Of a stretch of 25,581 bases of DNA, positions 16,623 through 25,581 are shown piece by piece (positions within the stretch are counted from its first letter, which is position 1; each line of letters begins with the position of its first letter). The translations under genes were made by a program, and so were the position numbers. Origin of the DNA: an uncultured archaeon. Lineage in GTDB: Archaea > Asgardarchaeota > Lokiarchaeia > Sigyniarchaeales > SOKP01. Under the pieces are notes generated by a model. It searched no databases. It had not been told where the DNA came from and saw only the letters and a program-made list of their open reading frames with translations. Location of the stretch: positions 1-25,581 of the forward strand of contig CAYUTF010000035.1 of assembly GCA_964447495.1 (NCBI GenBank), in the 5' to 3' direction.

Positions 16623-18152
16623 TTAGAATTTATCATCTTCCGAATACCAATCAGGATACCATTGATAATACTCTCTGGGGAATGCTTTTTTCAAACCCTC
16701 GTAAGTTGCTTTAACGAGAACCATTTTGCCTTGCCGGTCGTGATGAATAACAACTAAATGTTGTTCTTCAAGAGTTTCTATTATTTTTTTTATCGCTGAT
16801 CTACTCCCTCCAATATCTTCTCTAACATCATCTGGACTCATATATAATCCAGGGTTTACTTTATAGTCATGAGCAATTACTTTTAATATATTATCTTCAT
16901 TTAATTCAAGTCCATGAAATCGGGATTCCTTTTTTGACACAACGGGAGCATTCACTTCATCATTCCACCTCATTCTCATAGGATGATTATATACCGGGAG
17001 CATTGAAGCGAATCGATATACAATCATTTTTTGAACTTCTGTTGTTCCTGCCACAATTTCGCCAATTTTTCCTTCCCTTACTAATCGTTCGACTGGATAA
17101 AATCTTGTGAGACCATCTCCCCCCATAACCTGTACAGCTTTCAGCCCTGCATCTCTAATATATTCACTAATTACCCATTTTGCTACTGAGGCATCTATCA
17201 TAGGTTCCAGTCCATCATCTAATTGTTTTGCAGTATTATAGGCAAAAAGTCTACCCATTCGATATTTTGCTATGATATCCGCAATTTCATTTTGAATTCC
17301 AGGAAATTGGTTAGTTGTTTTCCTAAATTGAATTCTGCGTTGAGTATACCAGAATAATATATTAATAATATCTTTTAAGGTCCCAACATAAACTGCTCCA
17401 GCAATTAAGCGTTCAAAATTCAATCCTGCCATCATAACATTCCATCCTTTTCCCACAGGACCAATTCTATTCTCATCAGGTATTTTTACATCATCAAATG
17501 TTATATACCCATTAGGTACATTATCAAACCCAACTAATTTATTTATCTTCTCTAGATGAAACCCTGGAGTTCCTTTTTCGACCAAAAATGAAGTAATATG
17601 ACTATATTGTTTTTTCGCATCAAGATCATCACTAGTTTTAGCATAAATGAAATACCTATCTGATACTCCAGCTCCTGTGATATATCTTTTCTTTCCATTA
17701 ATAATCCATTCATCTCCATCTTTTTCTGCGGTCGTCATAACATTTGCTGCATCTGATCCCGCAAATGGTTCAGTTATACAAACAGCTCCTAATTTATCTC
17801 CCTTGGCAAGCTGAGGTAACCATTTTTCTTTCTGTTCTTCTGTAGCATAGCGTAACATTTGCTCTAATCCAGCGAGCATTGAAACAACAAAGACATGACC
17901 TACAGCATATAACCTTCCTAACTGTTCAGCAACGATGCATGAGCCTGTAGCTCCTAATTCTAAACCACCATACTTTTTCGGAATCCCTACTCCAAAGTAT
18001 CCTTCCTTAGCTACTCTCCTAACTAAATCCCAAGGAAATCTTTTTTTCCAAAAATAAGCTTCCGCTTCTTCAAATAGTCCATCTGCGAACGATTCTACTT
18101 TTTTGGCAATTTCTTTTTGTTCCTCTGTCCACCAAAAATAAGATTCACTCAT
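16623..18152 (-). CDS. Acyl-CoA dehydrogenase with a C-terminal winged-helix-like extension
   Basis: IPKKYGG, CITEPFAGSD, INGKKRYITGA, LNFERL, RIQF, VQVMGGDG, GTTEVQ; ~115 extra C-terminal aa; ATG 18152 preferred to TTG 18173. Confidence 0.92.
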   Translation of the reverse strand: MSESYFWWTEEQKEIAKKVESFADGLFEEAEAYFWKKRFPWDLVRRVAKEGYFGVGIPKKYGGLELGATGSCIVAEQLGRLYAVGHVFVVSMLAGLEQMLRYATEEQKEKWLPQLAKGDKLGAVCITEPFAGSDAANVMTTAEKDGDEWIINGKKRYITGAGVSDRYFIYAKTSDDLDAKKQYSHITSFLVEKGTPGFHLEKINKLVGFDNVPNGYITFDDVKIPDENRIGPVGKGWNVMMAGLNFERLIAGAVYVGTLKDIINILFWYTQRRIQFRKTTNQFPGIQNEIADIIAKYRMGRLFAYNTAKQLDDGLEPMIDASVAKWVISEYIRDAGLKAVQVMGGDGLTRFYPVERLVREGKIGEIVAGTTEVQKMIVYRFASMLPVYNHPMRMRWNDEVNAPVVSKKESRFHGLELNEDNILKVIAHDYKVNPGLYMSPDDVREDIGGSRSAIKKIIETLEEQHLVVIHHDRQGKMVLVKATYEGLKKAFPREYYQWYPDWYSEDDKF

Positions 18153-18386
18153 TTTTTTTACCCTTCTAAACAATTCTATAAAAATTATTAATAATCTTAA
18201 TATGCTGTAATTATTTTTAAATCTAAAAGTTTAGGATATTTTATGTGTTTATTCTCTTTTTTAACAAACTAGCATATTTATACTACTTTACAAAAGATGA
18301 AAATAAATTAATGATAGTGTATTATTCTTTCAAAATAAGAAATATTTTAAAGAAGATAGAGTTAAAAAATACATTTTATTGCGTGA

Positions 18387-20006
18387 TTGCTTATTTCAAT
18401 TCCATCATCTTTACGAGAAGGACCACGAACAACCAATACATTAGCAAAAAAGCGTTATACTATTATTTATATTATAATAATGATCCTTAGCGCTCAACCA
18501 GCTATAATTTGGTTCTGGTTCTATTGGACAATATTTTCTTTAGAGGATGTTATATTCTATATCATATTTCCCGTTTCATTTTTAATAGGGGTATTGATTC
18601 TTATCCTCTCTTCTGTTATAATAGCTAAAATTTTTCTAATTTTTACAAATTTGCTCCACAAACCCATAGAAGGAGTTTATTCTAGGAATAGCGATGATAA
18701 AGATTATTGTTATTGGAGCTTGAGATCTATCATTAAAAAATGGCCTATATGGTTGATACGCCAACTTTCAATACCGTTCTTCGAAATTCTTGCGTACAAA
18801 ATATTTGGAGTGAAAACTTCATTTTCTAATGCTTTAGATAATGCTTGGGTTGATTGTGAATTCATAGAACTTGGAAAAAATATAAGAGTTGGTCAAGGTA
18901 GCATTATCATGTCAAACCTCATCATCAATGATAAGATTATAATTAAAAAAGTAAGAATTGGGAATAATGTTATTATTGGAGCACATGCCTTAATTTTGCC
19001 AGGCACAATAATTGAAGATAATAGTATAGTTGATTCGAATGGACTCACCTTGATAAATCAGAGATTAGAACCAGATTCCATTTATAGTGGAAATCCCGCT
19101 ACAAAATATATGCCTAATAGTGCAATTAAAAATAAAGATTTAATAGAGAGAGAACTATTCAGTATAGATAAAGATAAACCTGTTGAAAAAAGCTTCCTCA
19201 GAGAAGAAGTAAAAGAATTATCTGTTCCCTTTCACTTCTATGTAATAACAGGTATTATTATTGTTAGCTTTTCGTTTATTTTACCAGGGATTTTATTTTT
19301 CTTAACTCTATTTGGGCTAATTAATCCATATTTATTTTCAAATCCTTTAGTTATTGGGAATTTCTTAAACTTAAATACTTACATCATAATGCTTCTAATT
19401 CCTATAATTTTTATTGGCATTTACTTGCTGCACCTATTATTTGTTGCTTTATTTACCCGATGGTTTTATAAATTAGCAAATACTCGTGGAGCATCCCAAG
19501 GAATATATGATAGAAATTTAGCTGAAAGCTCAAAAGCGTTAGATTACTATCATTTTAGATCGTTCTTACTAAAGTATCCTATTTTTGCTTTCGCTCGCTC
19601 ACCTTTTCCTTGGTTGCTCAATTGGGAATTAAGGTTTATAAAATCAAATAAAATCGGAAAAAACACTGTTCTTGAAGAAACATTTCTTCATAGCCATATT
19701 AATTTTGGAGAGAATTGTTATCTAGGAACCTCATCACACATTACAAACCATTTAGTCGATGGGGTATATGGTGCAGAAAATCTGACTTTTGTTAGAGTAT
19801 CGATTGACGATAATTCTGTTCTTAATACCATAACTGGAGGGCTTCCAGGAACAGAGATTGGTAAAAATTCTACATTATTACCAAGTTGTACAACGATAAA
19901 ATTTGACAAAATTGCATCAAATGGTATATATGCGGGATTTCCAGCAAAAAAGTTAACTCAAGAAGAGATAATAAAATATTTAGGAGGGGAATATTCTGGA
20001 GAATGA
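18387..20006 (+). CDS. Membrane protein with two [TM hairpin + hexapeptide left-handed beta-helix] modules
   Basis: Two hydrophobic hairpins, each followed by G.Y/D..YW/Y..R and hexapeptide repeats (IELGKNIRVGQGS, IGNNVIIGAHA; IGKNTVL, FGENCYLG), ending YSGNPA / YAGFPAK; start uncertain (TTG 18387 or ATG 18480). Confidence 0.8.
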   Translation: MLISIPSSLREGPRTTNTLAKKRYTIIYIIIMILSAQPAIIWFWFYWTIFSLEDVIFYIIFPVSFLIGVLILILSSVIIAKIFLIFTNLLHKPIEGVYSRNSDDKDYCYWSLRSIIKKWPIWLIRQLSIPFFEILAYKIFGVKTSFSNALDNAWVDCEFIELGKNIRVGQGSIIMSNLIINDKIIIKKVRIGNNVIIGAHALILPGTIIEDNSIVDSNGLTLINQRLEPDSIYSGNPATKYMPNSAIKNKDLIERELFSIDKDKPVEKSFLREEVKELSVPFHFYVITGIIIVSFSFILPGILFFLTLFGLINPYLFSNPLVIGNFLNLNTYIIMLLIPIIFIGIYLLHLLFVALFTRWFYKLANTRGASQGIYDRNLAESSKALDYYHFRSFLLKYPIFAFARSPFPWLLNWELRFIKSNKIGKNTVLEETFLHSHINFGENCYLGTSSHITNHLVDGVYGAENLTFVRVSIDDNSVLNTITGGLPGTEIGKNSTLLPSCTTIKFDKIASNGIYAGFPAKKLTQEEIIKYLGGEYSGE

Positions 20007-20871
20007 TGATCCTGCTAAAGAACTTGAATCATTAGATATAACCAAATATCCAATTACTACAAACACTTTTACATGGTCATTTTCAGCCTCATTAATTTCA
20101 ATATTTCTTCATGTATTTTCATTTTTCATGCCCTCAGTTATGATCATGACGTTTTTCAGCTTTGCTATGGATTCTTTTTTTCTGCATTGGCGTGTCTTTA
20201 TCGTATTTTTAGATTTATTAGCATGGTGGGGTATTTATATTTTAGTCAGCTTACTTTTAGGAAAGCTAACATTAATTATTCTTAAAATGATCCACAAACC
20301 TAAAGAGGGCTTGTTTAAAGTGGATCATAAAGATATGGATTATAAATATTATTGTTTAAGAATCTCAGTCAAAAAATTTATATTCTGGATTTGGAATAAT
20401 TTTTGCTTCCCTTGGGCATCAAATTTAGCCTTTAAATTATGTGATATAAGAGCAGATTACAAGAGCACTCTTTTTGATGGATGGAGTGACTTGGAATTTA
20501 TTTATTTTGGCAATAATATGATGATTGGCCAGGGTGCAGTTGTCTTATCAAGTATGATAATCAGGATAGATAATACGGATTACTTACTCGTAAAAAAAGT
20601 AATAATTGGAGATCATGTTGTCCTTGGGGGACATTCTATTGTTGCTCCAGGTACAATTATCGGTAAGGGAACTACTTTAGGAATTTGGGCAGTGACGCAC
20701 ATCGGTCAGAAATTAGATGCTGATTGGATTTATATTGGCAAACCAGCTCGCAAATATCAACCAACAGATACAGCACGTGAAGAGAGTAAGAAAGTCTTGA
20801 TACGAAGAATTGTTGATACTGGTGAGCGAATTCCATATAACATTAAATCTCAGAATAAAAAATTAGAGTAA
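19996..20871 (+). CDS. Membrane protein with one [TM hairpin + LbH] module; probably starts upstream of the tracked ATG 20128, at a non-canonical CTG
   Basis: Frame is open from 19984; GGAGGGG at 19983-19989 precedes the in-frame CTG 19996; KPKEGLF..DY.YY.LR, FGNNMMIGQGA, IGDHVVLGGHSIVAPG and YIGKPARK are paralogous to the upstream gene. The CDS is solid; the start is tentative. Confidence 0.7.
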   Translation: MENDDPAKELESLDITKYPITTNTFTWSFSASLISIFLHVFSFFMPSVMIMTFFSFAMDSFFLHWRVFIVFLDLLAWWGIYILVSLLLGKLTLIILKMIHKPKEGLFKVDHKDMDYKYYCLRISVKKFIFWIWNNFCFPWASNLAFKLCDIRADYKSTLFDGWSDLEFIYFGNNMMIGQGAVVLSSMIIRIDNTDYLLVKKVIIGDHVVLGGHSIVAPGTIIGKGTTLGIWAVTHIGQKLDADWIYIGKPARKYQPTDTAREESKKVLIRRIVDTGERIPYNIKSQNKKLE

Positions 20872-20874
20872 TGG

Positions 20875-21576
20875 TTAATTCTTAAATCGGGATTTTTTAT
20901 ATCTGACTTCAAATACTACTAACAAACCAGTTGTAAACATTGCTGCAATTATGAAATAATTTTCAAAAGGGATAACTATTACTACATCTGATGTAACAAG
21001 TTCCCATTTAAACATGGTCGTTCTATTGGTTATTTTTTCTATAATTGTTGATATCCCTTTTGAATTATAAGTTAACTCAACGGTAGTCATATTACGATAA
21101 TCTAAAGTAAGCTTTGTATCACTAAATGAGTAGTTTAAAGGTCCAGACTTTTCAATGGCATCTCCAATTAAAGTAAAATTAATTGGTGTCGGAACAACGA
21201 GTGGTAAAGCATCAAGATATGCAACTTTCGACCAATTAAGATAATTCATCGAATAATTATATGCTAAATAAAAGCTATTATGATCCTCATATATCCATGC
21301 AAAATTGTGATAAAATTCTAGAGTATAATTTACTATTAAAGAATTAGGACCGTCAAATGTATCATTATAGATTTTATCAACAGTAAATCTAATGTATTCA
21401 AAGTCATTATATGGCGACTCTGTAGCATTAACAGTCTCCCATCGTACCCTTTTTCCCTCTTCTAATGGAAATGTAGAATCATATACAGTGATTTGCCCTA
21501 AAACCATTGGAATGCTGAGGATTCCAATTAATAGGCTACTAATAAGAGTCAAAATTATTAATTTTCGATTAAGCAT
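20875..21576 (-). CDS. Exported, C-terminally membrane-anchored surface protein
   Basis: N-terminal basic + hydrophobic signal (MLNRKLIILTLISSLLIGILSIPMVLG); several N-x-S/T sequons; C-terminal IPF motif + TM helix + basic tail. Confidence 0.78.
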   Translation of the reverse strand: MLNRKLIILTLISSLLIGILSIPMVLGQITVYDSTFPLEEGKRVRWETVNATESPYNDFEYIRFTVDKIYNDTFDGPNSLIVNYTLEFYHNFAWIYEDHNSFYLAYNYSMNYLNWSKVAYLDALPLVVPTPINFTLIGDAIEKSGPLNYSFSDTKLTLDYRNMTTVELTYNSKGISTIIEKITNRTTMFKWELVTSDVVIVIPFENYFIIAAMFTTGLLVVFEVRYKKSRFKN

Positions 21577-21815
21577 CTTCTGATCAAGAGGTTTTCTATT
21601 AGTGCAATATTATTTCTTCTATTATCTGATAATAAAATAATTCATATCAATATAGTATTTTTAAATTTAAATATATTTAACTAGCAAAATTGATTGTTCA
21701 TAATTTTAAGGATAATTAAACAGAATAATAAAAAAAATACTTTAATATAATCTGAAGTATAAATATAATCTAAAAATTTTTGATTAATTAATATTCAAGA
21801 AAATTGGTTAAAAAA

Positions 21816-23219
21816 ATGGAAGGAAATAATATTAGACCAAAAATTACTACAAAAAAAAAATTACAATGGGCTTCAGCAAGTTTCGGTGGGTCAATTATAA
21901 GTGGAATTTATGCTGCATTATTGCCAATTTTTTATGTAGATTATCTTGGATTGGTAGAGAACGCTCAAGTCATTTATATAATACAAATTATATATCTATT
22001 AGTCAATGCATTTAATGATCCTATCTTTGGAATTATTTCTGATAGAACTCGGGCAAAAAAAGGAAGAAGAATTCCTTTTATGAGGTACACCGCACCGTTT
22101 TTAGCTTTGACATTCATATTGGTATGGTTTTCACCAGATAAAACAGCTGGAGAGTGGTCAATATTTATTTGGATGGTAATTATGACCTGTTTGTATGATA
22201 CTGCATATACAATAATCTTTCTAGTTTACTCTGCGCTATTACCAGAGATTACTGAAAATGAACAAGAAAGGAATAGTCTTCAGGTTTGGGCTTCTTTTCT
22301 TCAATTGATTGGAATGATACTTGGATTCATTATCCCTGATATGTTTAGGAATCAAGATCGCTTTCTATTGTTGATGTCAATGGTTTTGGTTGGGGTAGTG
22401 GGTATGGCATTAATTCTCTACACAAGTTTCAAATTTAAAGAACGACCAGAGTTTACTAAAGTAGATGAACCATTAGGATTTGTTGATGCAATAAAATATA
22501 CTTTTAAAAATCGATCATTCTTAACTCTAGTAAGTGCAAATTTCATGGGAATCTTAATACAAGCTTTAATTGTTGGCTCTCTTTTCTACTTGGCAGATTA
22601 TGTCCTCAAAATGCCTGTTATCGTATTATTAATTTTTGTATTCTTACCACTGCTCATTGGAATCTGGATTACTCCAAAATTCATAAAGAAATGGGGAGTC
22701 TGTAAAAGTGATCAAATCTTGTTACTAATTGGTGGTTCGGGCTTAATCCTATTATTTTTCTTAAGTGGACTAAACATTAGTGCCTTGATTTTTATCTGTT
22801 TAGCAATTGCAGGATTTGGATTTGTTGGTCCTTTAATCTTTACAAACGTACTATTTGCTCAAGTTACTGATGAAGATGAGTTAAAAACAGGAGTTAGAAG
22901 AGAAGCTGCCTTTTTTGGAATGAATGCGTTATTAACTAAGCCTGCACAGAGTTTAGCAATAATAGTTCCTACTGCTCTTTTAGATCTCGCTAATTTTATT
23001 CCACATGAGCTTGGAGATCCCCCCGTATTACCTCAACCTGAAGCAGCAATCTTCGCAATACGATTATTCATCGGACTAATTCCTGGTATAGCTTTAATAT
23101 TAGCAGTAGTAATATTACACTTCTATCCAATAAAAGGAGAGTATTGGGTAAAAATTCAAAAGGATGTGTTATTATTACATGATGAAAAGCATAAAAAACT
23201 TCAAGAAATGGAAAGATAA
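21816..23219 (+). CDS. MFS transporter, GPH/MelB-like cation:sugar symporter family
   Basis: NAFNDPIFGIISDRTR..KGRRIPF, YSALLPEIT, DEDELKTGVRREAAFFG; ATG 21816 (alternative TTG 21804). Confidence 0.93.
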   Translation: MEGNNIRPKITTKKKLQWASASFGGSIISGIYAALLPIFYVDYLGLVENAQVIYIIQIIYLLVNAFNDPIFGIISDRTRAKKGRRIPFMRYTAPFLALTFILVWFSPDKTAGEWSIFIWMVIMTCLYDTAYTIIFLVYSALLPEITENEQERNSLQVWASFLQLIGMILGFIIPDMFRNQDRFLLLMSMVLVGVVGMALILYTSFKFKERPEFTKVDEPLGFVDAIKYTFKNRSFLTLVSANFMGILIQALIVGSLFYLADYVLKMPVIVLLIFVFLPLLIGIWITPKFIKKWGVCKSDQILLLIGGSGLILLFFLSGLNISALIFICLAIAGFGFVGPLIFTNVLFAQVTDEDELKTGVRREAAFFGMNALLTKPAQSLAIIVPTALLDLANFIPHELGDPPVLPQPEAAIFAIRLFIGLIPGIALILAVVILHFYPIKGEYWVKIQKDVLLLHDEKHKKLQEMER

Positions 23220-23220
23220 A

Positions 23221-23250
23221 TTTGTTTCTTAATTTTTTTTTTTAATTTAT
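23221..23250 (+). terminator. Oligo-T tract after the MFS gene
   Basis: T11 at 23233-23243 within T-rich sequence directly after the stop. Confidence 0.45.
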
Positions 23251-23389
23251 AATATTAGGGCTCTTATGTCAATTTAGCCATTATTTTGCTTGAATTGATT
23301 TTAAAAAGGCAATTCATAAATTATATTGTAAAAATATATAATTTAACAATATTTAATTTAACTTAGAAAAATTCTAAGTTTGATGAGAT

Positions 23390-24136
23390 ATGAAAAAATT
23401 AGTCTTATTACGTCATGGAGAAAGTATCTGGAATAAAGAAAATAAATTTACTGGATGGACAGATGTTGACTTATCAGAAAAAGGAATTGAAGAGGCTAAA
23501 AAAGCAGGGCAACTACTAAAAAATGAAGGTTATACATTTGATGTTGCCTACACTTCCGTACTTAAAAGAGGGATAAGAACTTTATGGATTGTTTTAGATG
23601 AAATGGATTTAATGTGGATACCTGTTTTTCGATCATGGCGGCTAAATGAACGTCATTATGGAGCGCTACAAGGTTTAAATAAAGCAGAATTAGCATCAAA
23701 ATTAGGGGAAGAAGAAGTATTGGTTTTAAGGAGAAGCTATGATGTTCCCCCGCCACCCCTAAAAACATCTGATCCACGCTATCCTGGAAACGATCCGAGA
23801 TATGCAGAATTAACTTCTAAAGAACTTCCCTTAACTGAATGTTTGAAAGACACCGTTGAGCGATTTCTGCCTTATTGGCACGAAACCATTGTTCCAGTTA
23901 TCAAAGAAGGTAAAAAAGTCTTAATTTCAGCCCATGGAAACAGTCTTCGAGCTCTTGTAAAATATTTAGACGATATTTCAGAAGCAGAAATCGTAGAGTT
24001 AAATATTCCTACAGGAATACCACTCGTTTATGAATTAGATGACGATCTTAAACCACTAAAGCATTATTATCTTGGTGATCCTGAAGAAATTGAAAAGGCA
24101 ATAGCAACCGTTGAAGAACAAGGGCAAGCAAAGTAA
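23390..24136 (+). CDS. gpmA: 2,3-bisphosphoglycerate-dependent phosphoglycerate mutase
   Basis: [57 protein letters not shown]. Confidence 0.97.
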   Translation: MKKLVLLRHGESIWNKENKFTGWTDVDLSEKGIEEAKKAGQLLKNEGYTFDVAYTSVLKRGIRTLWIVLDEMDLMWIPVFRSWRLNERHYGALQGLNKAELASKLGEEEVLVLRRSYDVPPPPLKTSDPRYPGNDPRYAELTSKELPLTECLKDTVERFLPYWHETIVPVIKEGKKVLISAHGNSLRALVKYLDDISEAEIVELNIPTGIPLVYELDDDLKPLKHYYLGDPEEIEKAIATVEEQGQAK

Positions 24137-24170
24137 AAAGTCTGTATATATAAAAAAAATAGGAATTTAT

Positions 24171-24959
24171 ATGAATAAAAAAAGTATAATTGATAATCCT
24201 GCTATTTCAAATATAGTTTTTTATCCGAGAAAAGTTCCAATTCCAGACGATTTAGAGTCTAATATAGAACCTCTAATATTTGAAATTGGTTCTAATATTA
24301 AAATTGGAGGATATTTTTTTATAAATGAAAGCTCTTTGCCTAATATTTTGCTTTTTCATGGGAATGGTGAAGTTGCTTTAGATTACCATTATTTTGCTCC
24401 AATGTTTTTTAATTGTGAAGTAAATTTAGCAGTTATCGATTTTCGAGGATATGGTCATAGTAATGATCAACCTTATTATACAAGTCTGATTAGTGACGCA
24501 ATACCCCTGTATAATCAGTTCCAAAAGTGGTTGAATAATAAAAGATTCAATTCTACAACCTTTGTATTCGGTAGATCCTTAGGAAGTATTTGTGCGGCAG
24601 AGATTGGCTCAAAACCTCAGAATAATTTGAAGGGGATAATATTTGAATCAGGTTTTGCCAGTGCATATAATGTAATGACTCATTTATTCCGAGTAAATAG
24701 TCCCAAGATTACACCTGAATATCTAAAACAATATTCTAACGATACTAGAATACAAAAATTCATTTATCCAACTTTAATAATTCATGGGACAACAGATTGG
24801 ATCATTCCTAGTTCTGAAGCAGAACTTATTTATAAAAGTCTTCCCGATAATATTGAAAAAAACCTAATTTTAATTGATGGTGCGGGTCATAACAATATTT
24901 TAACCTTTACTAAAGAATATTTTGACCCTTTATGTAGATTTATTGAAAAATATAAATAA
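24171..24959 (+). CDS. Alpha/beta hydrolase (ABHD13/17-like)
   Basis: FHGNG, DFRGYG, GRSLG (Ser), HGTTD (Asp), GAGHN (His); ATG 24171 avoids overlap with gpmA. Confidence 0.9.
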   Translation: MNKKSIIDNPAISNIVFYPRKVPIPDDLESNIEPLIFEIGSNIKIGGYFFINESSLPNILLFHGNGEVALDYHYFAPMFFNCEVNLAVIDFRGYGHSNDQPYYTSLISDAIPLYNQFQKWLNNKRFNSTTFVFGRSLGSICAAEIGSKPQNNLKGIIFESGFASAYNVMTHLFRVNSPKITPEYLKQYSNDTRIQKFIYPTLIIHGTTDWIIPSSEAELIYKSLPDNIEKNLILIDGAGHNNILTFTKEYFDPLCRFIEKYK

Positions 24960-25110
24960 TGATATATTTCTATTCCCCTCTACGCTTTCAATAAAAGCAA
25001 TTTTGGTATATTAACATCATTAGTGAGAAACATTTATATATTAGAACAAATAGCTTATTTAATTAGAAATCTTATTTAATTAAACACAAAATTAGAAGTG
25101 ATAATATAAT

Positions 25111-25515
25111 ATGGCAGAACAAATCTCTAAACAATTAAAAATAATGTTCCTTGTACATTTCTTCATAGCTGTCTTTTTTGGATTAGTTTTCTTAATCTTC
25201 ATTGAAGGATTCGTTAGCTTTATAGATTGGCCTTCCCAATATTTAGACCCAGTTATTGGTCGTTTATTAGGAGGAGCTTTAATTGGTTTTGCTGCAAGTT
25301 CCTTACTTGCATGGAGAGAGACACAATGGCTAAAAGTTAAACTAGTTGTGCAGATGGAAATCGTATGGTGCGCTGTTGGTAGTATTGTACTTTTAGTTAG
25401 CTTGTTTATCCCAACCATTCTTCCTCTTCCATTATTTACGTGGGTAATTACAATAGTGTTCCTGTTCTTCTTAATAATCTTTACGTGGTACTATTTTCAA
25501 CATGAAAAGGATTAA
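25111..25515 (+). CDS. Small four-helix membrane protein
   Basis: Four hydrophobic segments; DP..GRLLGGAL; TTTATATA TATA-like sequence ~70 nt upstream. Confidence 0.8.
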   Translation: MAEQISKQLKIMFLVHFFIAVFFGLVFLIFIEGFVSFIDWPSQYLDPVIGRLLGGALIGFAASSLLAWRETQWLKVKLVVQMEIVWCAVGSIVLLVSLFIPTILPLPLFTWVITIVFLFFLIIFTWYYFQHEKD

Positions 25516-25581
25516 ATAACCTAAACTAATAAATTATATTTTATTTTTTGTCTTTTTTCTTTCATATAGTGTTCTCAATCA

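Noticed and set aside
11084-25418. Other short overlapping ORFs (11084-11266, 11806-12009, 12858-13052, 13608-13817, 14199-14399, 14275-14481, 18245-18490, 19718-19909, 20073-20285, 21392-21583, 23562-23777, 25092-25418)
   Set aside because: They overlap better genes or are low-complexity translations of AT-rich intergenic DNA.

Overview
AT-rich archaeal DNA. GC looks to be about 30% by eye, and the gene content and style suggest an Asgard/Lokiarchaeia-type genome (inference). The left 10 kb is one co-oriented minus-strand cluster: tusA - dsrE/tusD - dsrF/tusC - dsrH/tusB - dsrE2-like - hdrC - hdrB - hdrA - mvhD - mvhG-like - frhB::gltD-like flavoprotein - tusA. An Lrp/AsnC regulator is transcribed divergently. 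The Hdr is of the methanogen (bifurcating HdrABC-MvhD) type, yet it is embedded in a full set of persulfide-trafficking genes. The cluster has no catalytic [NiFe] subunit. Instead, the MvhG-like protein carries a C-terminal, cysteine-free region that reads like a shrunken remnant of the hydrogenase large subunit. It is followed by an FrhB-like protein split by an inserted GltD/NfnB-type flavin module and capped by a winged-helix domain. The most economical reading is an Mvh-Hdr complex rewired from H2 to NAD(P)H/F420 and from CoM-CoB to protein-bound sulfur; this is a hypothesis. The right 15 kb holds mixed metabolic genes: EamA transporter, ferredoxin-nitroreductase, HAD hydrolase, DUF1028-TPR protein, acyl-CoA dehydrogenase with a C-terminal wHTH, a pair of membrane/left-handed beta-helix genes (the second apparently lacking a canonical start), a surface protein, a GPH-family MFS transporter, gpmA, an alpha/beta hydrolase and a small membrane protein. 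I saw no RNA genes, CRISPR arrays or mobile elements.
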